A DNA stretch of 27,772 bases from Bacilli bacterium (GTDB taxonomy: Bacteria; Bacillota_I; Bacilli_A; RFN20; UBA1709). Shown piece by piece: positions 1-8,082 of this stretch. The stretch spans positions 1 through 27,772 of the forward strand of contig JBAYCP010000001.1 in NCBI GenBank assembly GCA_041668665.1. The letters run 5' to 3'. Every line of letters starts with the position of its first letter. Within the stretch, counting starts at the first letter, position 1. The notes beneath the pieces are model-generated. The model ran no database searches. It saw only the letters and a program-made list of their open reading frames with translations, and was not told the origin of the DNA. The translations under genes were made by a program, and so were the position numbers.

Positions 1-1
1 A

Positions 2-607
2 CAAGATGGCGATGTTGTAAATCTTGGTTTTGGGGTTCCAAATTTAGTCTCTGAATATGTCCCGAGTAACATTCACGTTATTTTTGACTCAGAAAATGGT
101 GTTCTAGGAATGGGACCATCCCCCAAACCTGGGCAAGTGGATCCTGATATTGTGAATTCAGGAGCACAACCAGCCACAATTCTTCAAGGTGCTTCGTATT
201 TTGATAGTTCGATGTCTTTTGCTCTCATTCGTGGCGGGCATGTTGATGTAACTATCTTAGGAGCCCTTCAAGTTGACCAAGAAGGAAATCTTGCAAACTG
301 GAAAATTCCAGGCAAGATGGTTCCGGGTATGGGAGGAGCTATGGATTTGGTGATTGGTGCGAAAAAAGTCATTGTTGCGATGACTCACTCGCAATCAGGA
401 GCTGCCAAGATATTAAAGAAATGTAGCTTGCCTCTCACCGCTGTCAAAGAAGTTGATTTAATTGTCACGGAACTCGCCGTTTTTAAAGTGACAGAAAAGG
501 GCTTGGTTTTAACGGAACTTGGACCAGATGCTACCATTGAAACGGTAAAAGCACAAACAGAAGCCGAGTTCATCATTAGCCCTAATCTAAAGTCGTACGC
601 TTTCTAA
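2..607 (+). CDS. atoA: 3-oxoacid/acetate CoA-transferase beta subunit (5'-truncated by window edge)
   Basis: The frame is open from base 2 (QDGDVVNLGFGVP...DSENGVLGMGP), upstream of the ORF-track start at 110. It has the VNLGxGxP and SENG (catalytic Glu) motifs and GGAMDL. It is followed by atoE and a thiolase. Confidence 0.9.
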   Translation, partial: QDGDVVNLGFGVPNLVSEYVPSNIHVIFDSENGVLGMGPSPKPGQVDPDIVNSGAQPATILQGASYFDSSMSFALIRGGHVDVTILGALQVDQEGNLANWKIPGKMVPGMGGAMDLVIGAKKVIVAMTHSQSGAAKILKKCSLPLTAVKEVDLIVTELAVFKVTEKGLVLTELGPDATIETVKAQTEAEFIISPNLKSYAF

Positions 608-629
608 CACTTGAATAGGAGGAAAAATC

Positions 630-1994
630 ATGATTCGTAAATTATCAAGTGCTTGTACGAGATTCATGGAACGTTATTTGCCCGATGCGTTCCTCTTCGC
701 CGCGATACTAACTGTTATTGTCTTTGTTGGTGCGATGCTTGCCACAGGTTTAGGACCTGTCCAAATGATTCGCTTTTGGGGCGATGGGTTCTGGGCTCTG
801 TTAGCTTTCTCTACTCAAATGGCACTGGTTGTGTTGCTTGGTAGCACCATGGCACGGTCCAAACCATTCGATAAATTAGTCAAAAAAATCGCCAAATCCT
901 GTAAAACGCCTTTGCGTGCTGCCTTCATTATTACCGTCTTCTCTGCAGTTGCCTTTTGGATCAACTGGGGAATCGCATTAGTGCTTGGCGCAATGCTTGC
1001 TCGCGAAATTGCAAGAGAAGTAAAAGGTGTCGACTATCGGTTACTCATTGCAATGAGCTATTCTGGAATTTGTATTACCCAAGGCGGTATTGGTGGTTCC
1101 ATTACCTTACAAGTCGCTTTGGCGGGTGCATTAAGCAAGATTGCTCCCTCTGTATTCGTCGCTGCCGACCTTATTCCAATTACTCAAACCATCTTTTCAC
1201 CTTATAACTTAGTGATTTGTGCCTTGTTTGCAATCATTATGCCATTTGTCGCAGTCAAAATGCATCCTAAAGCAGAAGAAACCTTTGAAGTGGATCCTGC
1301 AATTCTCGCCGATGCAAAGATTGAAGAAAAGAAACTAACCTATAAAGAAATGACGCCAGCCGAACGAATTGAAAATTCAAAAATCGTTTGGGCCATTATT
1401 GTTGTTCTTGGATTCGCATACATTGTCTATCATTTTGTAACAAAAGGATTTGATCTCAATATTAATATTACGAACTTCATTCTACTGATGGTTGGTGTCT
1501 TATTACACGGACCTAATTTAATTAACTATGTAAAAGCAATTGCTGCATCCATACACTCGGTGGCAGGCGTTATGCTGCAATTCCCATTCTATGCAGGGAT
1601 TATGGGCATGATGATTGGGACCAATGGAAGTGGCGTTAGCTTAGCAAGTGTGCTTTCGAACGCATTTGTCGCTATTTCAACGGTCAAGACTTTCCCATAT
1701 TTCACCTACCTTTCTGCAGGAATTGTTAACTTCTTTATTCCTTCCGGCGGTGGCCAATGGGCCGTTCAAGGGCCGATTATGATGGTTGCTGGAGATTCCT
1801 TAGGAGTCGAACCTGCAAAAACGGTTATGGCAATCTCGTATGGAGATGCTTGGACCAATTTGATTCAACCATTTTGGGCACTTCCCACCCTCGCAGTTGC
1901 AAAATTGAAAGCACGCGATATTATGGGCTATCTTGTGGTTGCTCTCATCGTCTCTTTCATTATCACAACCTTTGGGTTGCTTGTGTTAGCGTAA
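630..1994 (+). CDS. atoE: Short-chain fatty acid transporter (AtoE family)
   Basis: 454-aa polytopic membrane protein with ERYLPDAF, FFIPSGGGQWAVQGP and YGDAWTNLIQPFWALP motifs. AGGAGG RBS at 617-622. Lies between the CoA-transferase and the thiolase. Confidence 0.9.
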   Translation: MIRKLSSACTRFMERYLPDAFLFAAILTVIVFVGAMLATGLGPVQMIRFWGDGFWALLAFSTQMALVVLLGSTMARSKPFDKLVKKIAKSCKTPLRAAFIITVFSAVAFWINWGIALVLGAMLAREIAREVKGVDYRLLIAMSYSGICITQGGIGGSITLQVALAGALSKIAPSVFVAADLIPITQTIFSPYNLVICALFAIIMPFVAVKMHPKAEETFEVDPAILADAKIEEKKLTYKEMTPAERIENSKIVWAIIVVLGFAYIVYHFVTKGFDLNINITNFILLMVGVLLHGPNLINYVKAIAASIHSVAGVMLQFPFYAGIMGMMIGTNGSGVSLASVLSNAFVAISTVKTFPYFTYLSAGIVNFFIPSGGGQWAVQGPIMMVAGDSLGVEPAKTVMAISYGDAWTNLIQPFWALPTLAVAKLKARDIMGYLVVALIVSFIITTFGLLVLA

Positions 1995-2017
1995 TAAGAT
2001 ATCAATAGAAAAGAGGA

Positions 2018-3193
2018 ATGTCAATGAAGAAAGTATATATTGTGGATGGAGTTCGTCTTCCAGTTGGAGCTTTTGGAGGATTCTACCGCAATCAATTGGC
2101 ACGTGATCTTGGTGCTGCAGTTATTAAAGAGCTTGTTCAACGGACTGGGATTAACCCTAGTGAAGTGGATGAAGTTGTCGTTGGTAACATTATTCAAACC
2201 GATGATAAAGGCAACCCAGGTCGTGAAGCTTGGCTCAGTGCAGGAATGCCCCTTGAGGTTCCTGCTTACACCATTAACATGAATTGTGCCTCGGGCTCCA
2301 AAGCAATCGCCAATGCAGCGACTTCCATTATGGCTGGCGAAGCCGAAATGGTTGTGGCCGTTGGTATGGATAGTATGAGTAATACCCCCTATGCGTTGCG
2401 TCAAGCACGTTATGGATATCGTATGGGTGATGGTGTATTGAGCGACTTATTAACAGATCTTTTAGTTGGAATGGGGATGACCGCTGAACGCTTAGCGGAA
2501 CGTCACCATATGACTCGTGAAGAAATCGATGCATTTGCTGTTCGAAGCCAGCAAAATGCTACCAAAGCATGGTCCAACCATGAATTTGATGAGCAAATTG
2601 TTCCGTTTACTTATACAGCAAGAGGAAAAGAATACACTCTAGCCAAAGATGAAGGTTTTAAACCTGAAACAACGCTAGAAACCTTAGCCAAACTACGTCC
2701 TACTTTCAAAAAGGATGGCGTGGTCACAGCAGGAAATTCTTCGACAATTAACGATTGCGCTGCTGCGGTCTTGGTTGTTTCTGAAGAGAAACTTGCGCAA
2801 CTAGGGAAAAAGCCATTACTTGAAATTGTTGGTTTTACCGCTGCAGGAGTGGATCCCTTAGTAATGGGGATTGGTCCAGTTCCAGCTGTTCAGAAATTGT
2901 TAGCAAAAACAGGACTTGCTGTTGCGGATATTGATGTATGGGAGTTGAATGAAGCGTTTGCTTCTCAAGCACTAGCCGTCATCAAAGAGTTAGGTCTCGA
3001 ACCCTATATGGATCGCATTAACCCCAACGGATCAGGGATTTCACTTGGCCATCCAGTTGGAGCAACAGGCGCCATCTTAACCACTAAAATCGCCTATCAC
3101 ATGCGCAAAAATAACCTTCGTTATGGGATTGTTACCATGTGTGTAGGAGGAGGACAAGGGTTTGCACTTCTAGTGAAAAACCCTAACGTTTAA
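2018..3193 (+). CDS. atoB: Acetyl-CoA C-acetyltransferase (thiolase II)
   Basis: MNCASG (active-site Cys), NEAF, GHPVGATG and CVGGGQG motifs; 391 aa. Confidence 0.92.
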   Translation: MSMKKVYIVDGVRLPVGAFGGFYRNQLARDLGAAVIKELVQRTGINPSEVDEVVVGNIIQTDDKGNPGREAWLSAGMPLEVPAYTINMNCASGSKAIANAATSIMAGEAEMVVAVGMDSMSNTPYALRQARYGYRMGDGVLSDLLTDLLVGMGMTAERLAERHHMTREEIDAFAVRSQQNATKAWSNHEFDEQIVPFTYTARGKEYTLAKDEGFKPETTLETLAKLRPTFKKDGVVTAGNSSTINDCAAAVLVVSEEKLAQLGKKPLLEIVGFTAAGVDPLVMGIGPVPAVQKLLAKTGLAVADIDVWELNEAFASQALAVIKELGLEPYMDRINPNGSGISLGHPVGATGAILTTKIAYHMRKNNLRYGIVTMCVGGGQGFALLVKNPNV

Positions 3194-3233
3194 ACGATTA
3201 CTCTTGTCAACAAAACCATTGTTGTTTTCTCCT

Positions 3234-3261
3234 AAAAAAAGAGACCGGAAGGTCTCTTTTT
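3234..3261. terminator. Bidirectional intrinsic terminator
   Basis: A7-GAGACC-GGAA-GGTCTC-T5 between the convergent thiolase and E2-like genes. Confidence 0.85.
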
Positions 3262-4112
3262 CATTCATTTACATTCGTTGGTGGATAAGGTTCGAGTAAG
3301 GAAGAAGGATTCATTAGTATTTTTTTCCAAAGTCGCATGCTATTCACAAAATAGAGACCATCACAGAAACGCTCGTCGACGACAACCCCGACCTTCATCA
3401 TCCGTTCGACTCTTGGCTCTTCTTGAACAACGACCATTTCGTCGCGGTCTTTTCCAAATCCGAGGAATATTCCTGTTGTTCCAAATTCATAGCAATGATG
3501 ATATAATGCATCCCCGTTGATCGACTTTAAAAAAGTTAAGAACATACTATTATGAAATGGGCTCGTTTCAATAATGCTAGCAGGCAACCAATTATGACGA
3601 TCGAGAAAGCCCAGAAACTTTACTGCCAATGCGATTAGCCAGTGGGGAGCAGATGAAAGAAAATTAGCTAATTTATCGGCATCATTATAGACATCATCCC
3701 CAGTATTATCACTTATTGTTTGATTGAGAAGTGTATGAACTTCACCAATGGTTTCGTTTCCTTTAAAATGGATTTTGACTGTCGTATCCTCGCTCTCATC
3801 GTTGAGTTGCTTTTTGACTACAAAGGCTACCGCAATATCATGATGTTGATAGATTTTTTTATTCATTACAAAACGGTTGAGAGAAGGGCGCATTGCAAAG
3901 AGCCGCACCAACGATGCTACTAAGACATCCATGTAGGTATAAGAATCATTACCACTATTCCGTTGTTCTTCCAAAAATCGTAGAACAGGGGACCATGGAA
4001 CATCAACGGTTGTCATATTCATTGCATCGTAGCGTTTGGGCATAATATGAGGGACTAATTTCTGATAAGGATTGATCTCGCGCACATAAAAACCATCGGG
4101 GCGTTTTGCCAT
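3261..4112 (-). CDS. Stand-alone 2-oxoacid dehydrogenase E2-like acyltransferase catalytic-domain protein (no lipoyl domain)
   Basis: 283 aa from the ATG at 4112, preceded by an AAAGGAG RBS; the ORF-track start at 4238 has no RBS. The C-terminal VVDERFCDG aligns with the canonical DHRxxDG, and the overall layout resembles an E2/CAT-like core. Confidence 0.7.
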   Translation of the reverse strand: MAKRPDGFYVREINPYQKLVPHIMPKRYDAMNMTTVDVPWSPVLRFLEEQRNSGNDSYTYMDVLVASLVRLFAMRPSLNRFVMNKKIYQHHDIAVAFVVKKQLNDESEDTTVKIHFKGNETIGEVHTLLNQTISDNTGDDVYNDADKLANFLSSAPHWLIALAVKFLGFLDRHNWLPASIIETSPFHNSMFLTFLKSINGDALYHHCYEFGTTGIFLGFGKDRDEMVVVQEEPRVERMMKVGVVVDERFCDGLYFVNSMRLWKKILMNPSSLLEPYPPTNVNE

Positions 4113-4191
4113 CGTATTGTTCTCCTTTGATTGTGGGGGGTTATGTTTGTCGATCCATGAACCCGATTTCCCTTTTTGCAGGGATGGTTCT

Positions 4192-4220
4192 ATTTTACCT
4201 TTTTTATAAGAGAAAGTAAA
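4192..4220 (-). promoter_or_regulatory. Putative sigma-A promoter for the E2-like gene
   Basis: Minus strand reads TTTACT-N17-TAAAAT. Confidence 0.5.
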
Positions 4221-4288
4221 ACATCTCGTTTGCACCATAAAAAACCCCGATGCTTGGGCCTTTAAAATAGTAATAAGGGAGTAATATG

Positions 4289-4317
4289 TTTAGAAATCTA
4301 GAAAATCATGATATGCT
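4289..4317 (+). promoter_or_regulatory. Putative sigma-A promoter (extended -10) for the methyltransferase operon
   Basis: TTTAGA-N17-TATGCT with TG immediately upstream (TGaTATGCT). Confidence 0.5.
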
Positions 4318-4378
4318 TGGAGTAGGATGATATTCATCCATGAAATGATTGTTATAGGCTTACTAAGGAGGGATAAGC

Positions 4379-5089
4379 GTGGAACTCTATCAAAATTTTG
4401 CGATGCATTATGATTCAATATTCCCTGTCAGTGGAAAAACTGTTGATTTTCTTCATCAACATTTTGAGACGGGTGTATTGCTCGACTTAGGATGTGCAAC
4501 CGGTGGATATGTTGCAGAATTGACATCCTTAGGATATGCTACAAAAGGGCTAGATCTCGACCCCACTATGATTGAAGTAGCAAAGAACAAACATCCTGAT
4601 ATTGCTTCTCACTTTTATGTTTCCAATCTCGTTGATTTTGATACTACCATTCATTATCATGGAATGTTTTGTATTGGCAATACTTTGGTTCATCTTCCCA
4701 ATGAATCTTCCATGTTGAAATTCTTTCAACGAGTGTATCATGCACTTGAAGACCACGGCACATTCATTCTTCAAATCGTTAATTATGATCGTATTCTATC
4801 AAAGAAGATCGAGGCATTGCCAACTATTGAATTGAATGGGCGACGGTTTGAACGCTCCTATCGACATGAAAACAAGAAGATCGTTTTTCAAACAGTGTTA
4901 TCGTATCAAGAAGAGCGGTATGAGGCAGAAACGATTTTACTACCTCTGCAATCGAATCATCTTCTACGTTTGCTCCAACAAGCGGGTTTTTCATATCTTG
5001 AATGTTATGGAGGATTTGATGGCGCTATTTTTCAACCATTCTCTTCTTTTGCCCTGGTGGTTGTTGCTTCTAAGGAGTTATCAAAATGA
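4379..5089 (+). CDS. Class I SAM-dependent methyltransferase
   Basis: Motif I LLDLGCATG, GLDLD and FCIGNTLVHL. GTG start after AAGGAGG. Confidence 0.85.
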   Translation: MELYQNFAMHYDSIFPVSGKTVDFLHQHFETGVLLDLGCATGGYVAELTSLGYATKGLDLDPTMIEVAKNKHPDIASHFYVSNLVDFDTTIHYHGMFCIGNTLVHLPNESSMLKFFQRVYHALEDHGTFILQIVNYDRILSKKIEALPTIELNGRRFERSYRHENKKIVFQTVLSYQEERYEAETILLPLQSNHLLRLLQQAGFSYLECYGGFDGAIFQPFSSFALVVVASKELSK

Positions 5090-5439
5090 GTCCTTTTCGA
5101 GAAGATAACTACACCAAGTGGTGGAATCAAAAACGTGCAATAATTTTTGCCGTTACACGATGGAATAAGACATTGCGCGCAAAAATTCATAAATTTGATG
5201 GGATTCAAACCATTGCATGGATCAATATAAAGGAAGGGATGAAAATCCATTATCAAATGGATCTTCAAGAAGGCGAAGCGAAGCTTTTATTGATTCACAA
5301 GAAAAACTGGATTCTAATCAGTGATTGCTCCTGCCAGGGGGTCACTTCTTCCTTGAATCCGGGAATGTATCGACTTCGTGTCGTAGGGAATCATGCTAGC
5401 TTAACGTGCACCATACAAAAAAATGCTCAACACATTTAA
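5086..5439 (+). CDS. Hypothetical protein (small, beta-rich)
   Basis: 117 aa; ATGA overlap with the upstream stop suggests translational coupling. No family recognised. Confidence 0.6.
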   Translation: MSPFREDNYTKWWNQKRAIIFAVTRWNKTLRAKIHKFDGIQTIAWINIKEGMKIHYQMDLQEGEAKLLLIHKKNWILISDCSCQGVTSSLNPGMYRLRVVGNHASLTCTIQKNAQHI

Positions 5440-5450
5440 TACTGTGTTTA

Positions 5451-5479
5451 TTGTAAAAATTTCATTTACTTGATAAAAT
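5451..5479 (+). promoter_or_regulatory. Putative sigma-A promoter
   Basis: TTGTAA-N17-TAAAAT with extended TG. Confidence 0.6.
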
Positions 5480-5510
5480 TGTCCTATATTCATTAGAAAG
5501 GAAGAGGAAG

Positions 5511-5906
5511 ATGAAACGTAAAATTGTAGCGTTCTTTTTTTCATTGATCATGATGGTTGGGATTTCTGCATGTTCGAGCAAAATTAATGCGATTGAACAA
5601 GCCTTTATCAATGAAGGGTATCAATGGCAAAAAGTCAGTGAAGTTGATAGTGAGACACAGCAAGCAGGAGTTAAGGCCGTTTATACCGCGACGAAAGGGT
5701 TTACAGGATTAGCCATTATTATCGAACTACAAGGCAGCGAAGAAGTTGCTGAAGTGGTTCAAGCCATCAAAGAAGATCCGAATTTTGATGGAGAAGCGTT
5801 GCTTCGCACTTTGTTAAATGCCTTTACAGACTCTCCATTAACCAATGGAAATTGCGTCCTTATCACTTTGACACAACAGGCACAAGAAATTTTTCAAAAT
5901 GCTTAA
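5511..5906 (+). CDS. Lipoprotein of unknown function
   Basis: MKRK, hydrophobic core, then an ISAC lipobox. GAGG RBS; has its own promoter and terminator. Confidence 0.75.
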   Translation: MKRKIVAFFFSLIMMVGISACSSKINAIEQAFINEGYQWQKVSEVDSETQQAGVKAVYTATKGFTGLAIIIELQGSEEVAEVVQAIKEDPNFDGEALLRTLLNAFTDSPLTNGNCVLITLTQQAQEIFQNA

Positions 5907-5930
5907 AATGGGGGGATATCCCCATTTTTT
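5905..5930 (+). terminator. Intrinsic terminator
   Basis: AAAATGGGG-GGATAT-CCCCATTTT-TT directly at the lipoprotein stop codon. Confidence 0.8.
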
Positions 5931-5961
5931 ATTGCTATAATACAATCAAAAGGGTGATGGT

Positions 5962-6618
5962 ATGAATAAGGGAATGAAAACGTTTAATCTTGGATGGAAG
6001 ATTGCTATTATTTTGATTGCACTTACTGGAATCTTGATTCAACTTGGTATCTTTCAAGGCGTCTTGAATTTATATATATTTCATTACTTTACCATTTTGA
6101 GCAATGTATTTGCGGTCGTTATCCTTTCCACCTCTGCTCATAAAATTCTTTCAACTCCCCCCAAAAATCTTCCTTACACGTGGGCTCCCTTGTTAAAAGG
6201 AATGGTGCTCATGTGTTTAATGATTACAATGATTGTATCCCATTTTCTATTAAATCAATATTTTCAGATGACCGGGATTTTAGGAATCTCCGTTACCTTG
6301 CTACATTATGTCGTGCCTTTCATGGTACTTATTGATTATCTGTTGTTTGACTCAAAGGGATGGATGAGAAATAAAAGTCCCCTACAATGGATAATGGCTC
6401 CACTCATTTATGTCGTTTATGCTTTGATTGCTGCACAAATCGGCGATGGAATTGGTTATGGAAATTCTCGCTATCCTTATCCTTTTCTTGATGTTGAAAT
6501 CCTGGGCTGGTCCACAGTAATTCTCATTATTTTTGTCATGGCCATTGCCATTCTTTTTCTGGGCTATCTCTTTGTTCTTTTTGACTCCATTTATGTGCGA
6601 CACTCTACGCGATCATAA
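5962..6618 (+). CDS. Pr6Pr-family (FAR-17a/AIG1-like) integral membrane protein
   Basis: About 6 TM helices with YFTILSN, LHYVVP, DYLLF, PLIYVVY and YPYPFLD motifs. Confidence 0.75.
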   Translation: MNKGMKTFNLGWKIAIILIALTGILIQLGIFQGVLNLYIFHYFTILSNVFAVVILSTSAHKILSTPPKNLPYTWAPLLKGMVLMCLMITMIVSHFLLNQYFQMTGILGISVTLLHYVVPFMVLIDYLLFDSKGWMRNKSPLQWIMAPLIYVVYALIAAQIGDGIGYGNSRYPYPFLDVEILGWSTVILIIFVMAIAILFLGYLFVLFDSIYVRHSTRS

Positions 6619-6723
6619 CATTTTTTCAAGCAACCTATATTAAAAAAACACCTGAAATCAAAGGGATTTTTTATAAACATTATTGGATTTTAAAATTTAT
6701 TTTTCCAATTAAAAAATTCATTA

Positions 6724-6751
6724 TTGCAATTTGAAAAAAACGCGTTATAAT
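6724..6751 (+). promoter_or_regulatory. Putative sigma-A promoter for potD
   Basis: TTGCAA-N16-TATAAT, preceded by an AT-rich UP-like tract. Confidence 0.6.
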
Positions 6752-6858
6752 GTTCCTCGTAAAATGATTTTCTCAAGTCGTTTTACGTCTTTTTTTAGGG
6801 GTAGAAACCCTATCCTCTGGCAAGCCAGATGAAATTAGAAAGGAATCGAGGAAAAAGA

Positions 6859-8022
6859 ATGAAACCTATTGTCAAACTACTCGCCGTTACTGTTAGTCTT
6901 GGTCTTGCCGTACCCACTTCCAGCTGTGGAGTGGTTGAGTTGGTTCAATGCATTGGCAAAGATCAACTAAAAATTTTTAACTGGGGTTCATACATTGACC
7001 CCGAATTATTACAAGCTTTTGAAGAAGAATACGATGTATGTGTCAGTTATACGACTTACGGAAGTAATGAAGAGGCCATTGCGAAGCTGAAGAGTGGGGA
7101 AGTCTTTGATATTATTGTTCCTTCCGACTATGGAATTGAGCAATTGGTTCAAGAAGACTATATTCAACCCATTGATTGGACACGGGTTACCTCCGTGCAA
7201 CCAAATGACGAAGATGCCGAGACTCCTCAACTTGCGAATGACCTTCAAGTCGTTTTGGATAAATTATCCGCAGGTACCGAACAAAAAACTGGATTTGACT
7301 ATCTTACCTATGCTGTCCCATATTTTTGGGGAAGTGTTGGTATTGTTTATGATACGACTACCGTAACCCTTGATGAGTTGGAAGACCAACAATGGAATAT
7401 TTTTTCCAATAAAGTTCCAGGACGTGATTATGCCTATTACGATACTTCACGCGATGCCTTTACGCCGGCCTTGAAGCAGTCGGGTTATTCCATCAATACC
7501 ACCACAGCCGCTGAAATTCAAGAAGCCAAGCAATGGCTGATTAACCAAAAACAAGCATTGGGTAGTTCCTTGTCTTATGTAGTTGAAACCGTTATTGAAG
7601 ACATGGCGGCAACGACCACCAATGGCGATCCTGCCAATCGTTACGATCTTGCCTATATGTATTCAGGAGATGCTGTGTATGCCATGAGTGAAAACTCGGC
7701 ATTAAGTTTTTTTAAACCTACTGTTGGAACAGATATTTGGGTTGATGGAATGATTCTTCATAAAGACGCTCCTCAAATGGACCATGCTTATGAATTTATC
7801 AATTTCATCTTGCGTCCTGAAAATGCCAAAACCAATAGTCTCTATGTAGGCTATAGTTCTCCTTTAGAAGCTGTCTATACTGATTTACTGGCTAATGAGT
7901 TTTCAGACTATGCTCACGCTTATCGAATTCAAGTAGGACTCAATGATGAAATTTATCGTTTTGATCCTGCAGCCAAGCGACTCATTGATGATGCTTGGGT
8001 TGAAGTGAAACAAGCGCAATAA
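6859..8022 (+). CDS. potD: Spermidine/putrescine ABC transporter substrate-binding lipoprotein (orphan)
   Basis: NWGSYID, PSDY, YFWG, YSGDA and IWVDG motifs. Signal peptide ends in TSSC. Start placed at MKPIVK (6859), after GAGG, rather than at 6829. Confidence 0.8.
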   Translation: MKPIVKLLAVTVSLGLAVPTSSCGVVELVQCIGKDQLKIFNWGSYIDPELLQAFEEEYDVCVSYTTYGSNEEAIAKLKSGEVFDIIVPSDYGIEQLVQEDYIQPIDWTRVTSVQPNDEDAETPQLANDLQVVLDKLSAGTEQKTGFDYLTYAVPYFWGSVGIVYDTTTVTLDELEDQQWNIFSNKVPGRDYAYYDTSRDAFTPALKQSGYSINTTTAAEIQEAKQWLINQKQALGSSLSYVVETVIEDMAATTTNGDPANRYDLAYMYSGDAVYAMSENSALSFFKPTVGTDIWVDGMILHKDAPQMDHAYEFINFILRPENAKTNSLYVGYSSPLEAVYTDLLANEFSDYAHAYRIQVGLNDEIYRFDPAAKRLIDDAWVEVKQAQ

Positions 8023-8034
8023 AACATTATGACT

Positions 8035-8072
8035 ATCCCCCTACCATATAAAAAGGGCAGGGGGATTTTTTT
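8035..8072 (+). terminator. Intrinsic terminator
   Basis: ATCCCCCT...AGGGGGAT followed by a T run, between the convergent potD and kdpE. Confidence 0.7.
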
Positions 8073-8082
8073 GATATCTATG

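Noticed and set aside
4113-4238. 42-aa N-terminal extension of the E2-like ORF given in the ORF track
   Set aside because: No RBS at 4238. A strong AAAGGAG precedes the ATG at 4112, and the predicted promoter lies inside the extension.
4321-4378. SAM or fluoride riboswitch upstream of the methyltransferase
   Set aside because: There is only one small hairpin, and I could not find the conserved cores of SAM-I, SMK or the crcB motif.
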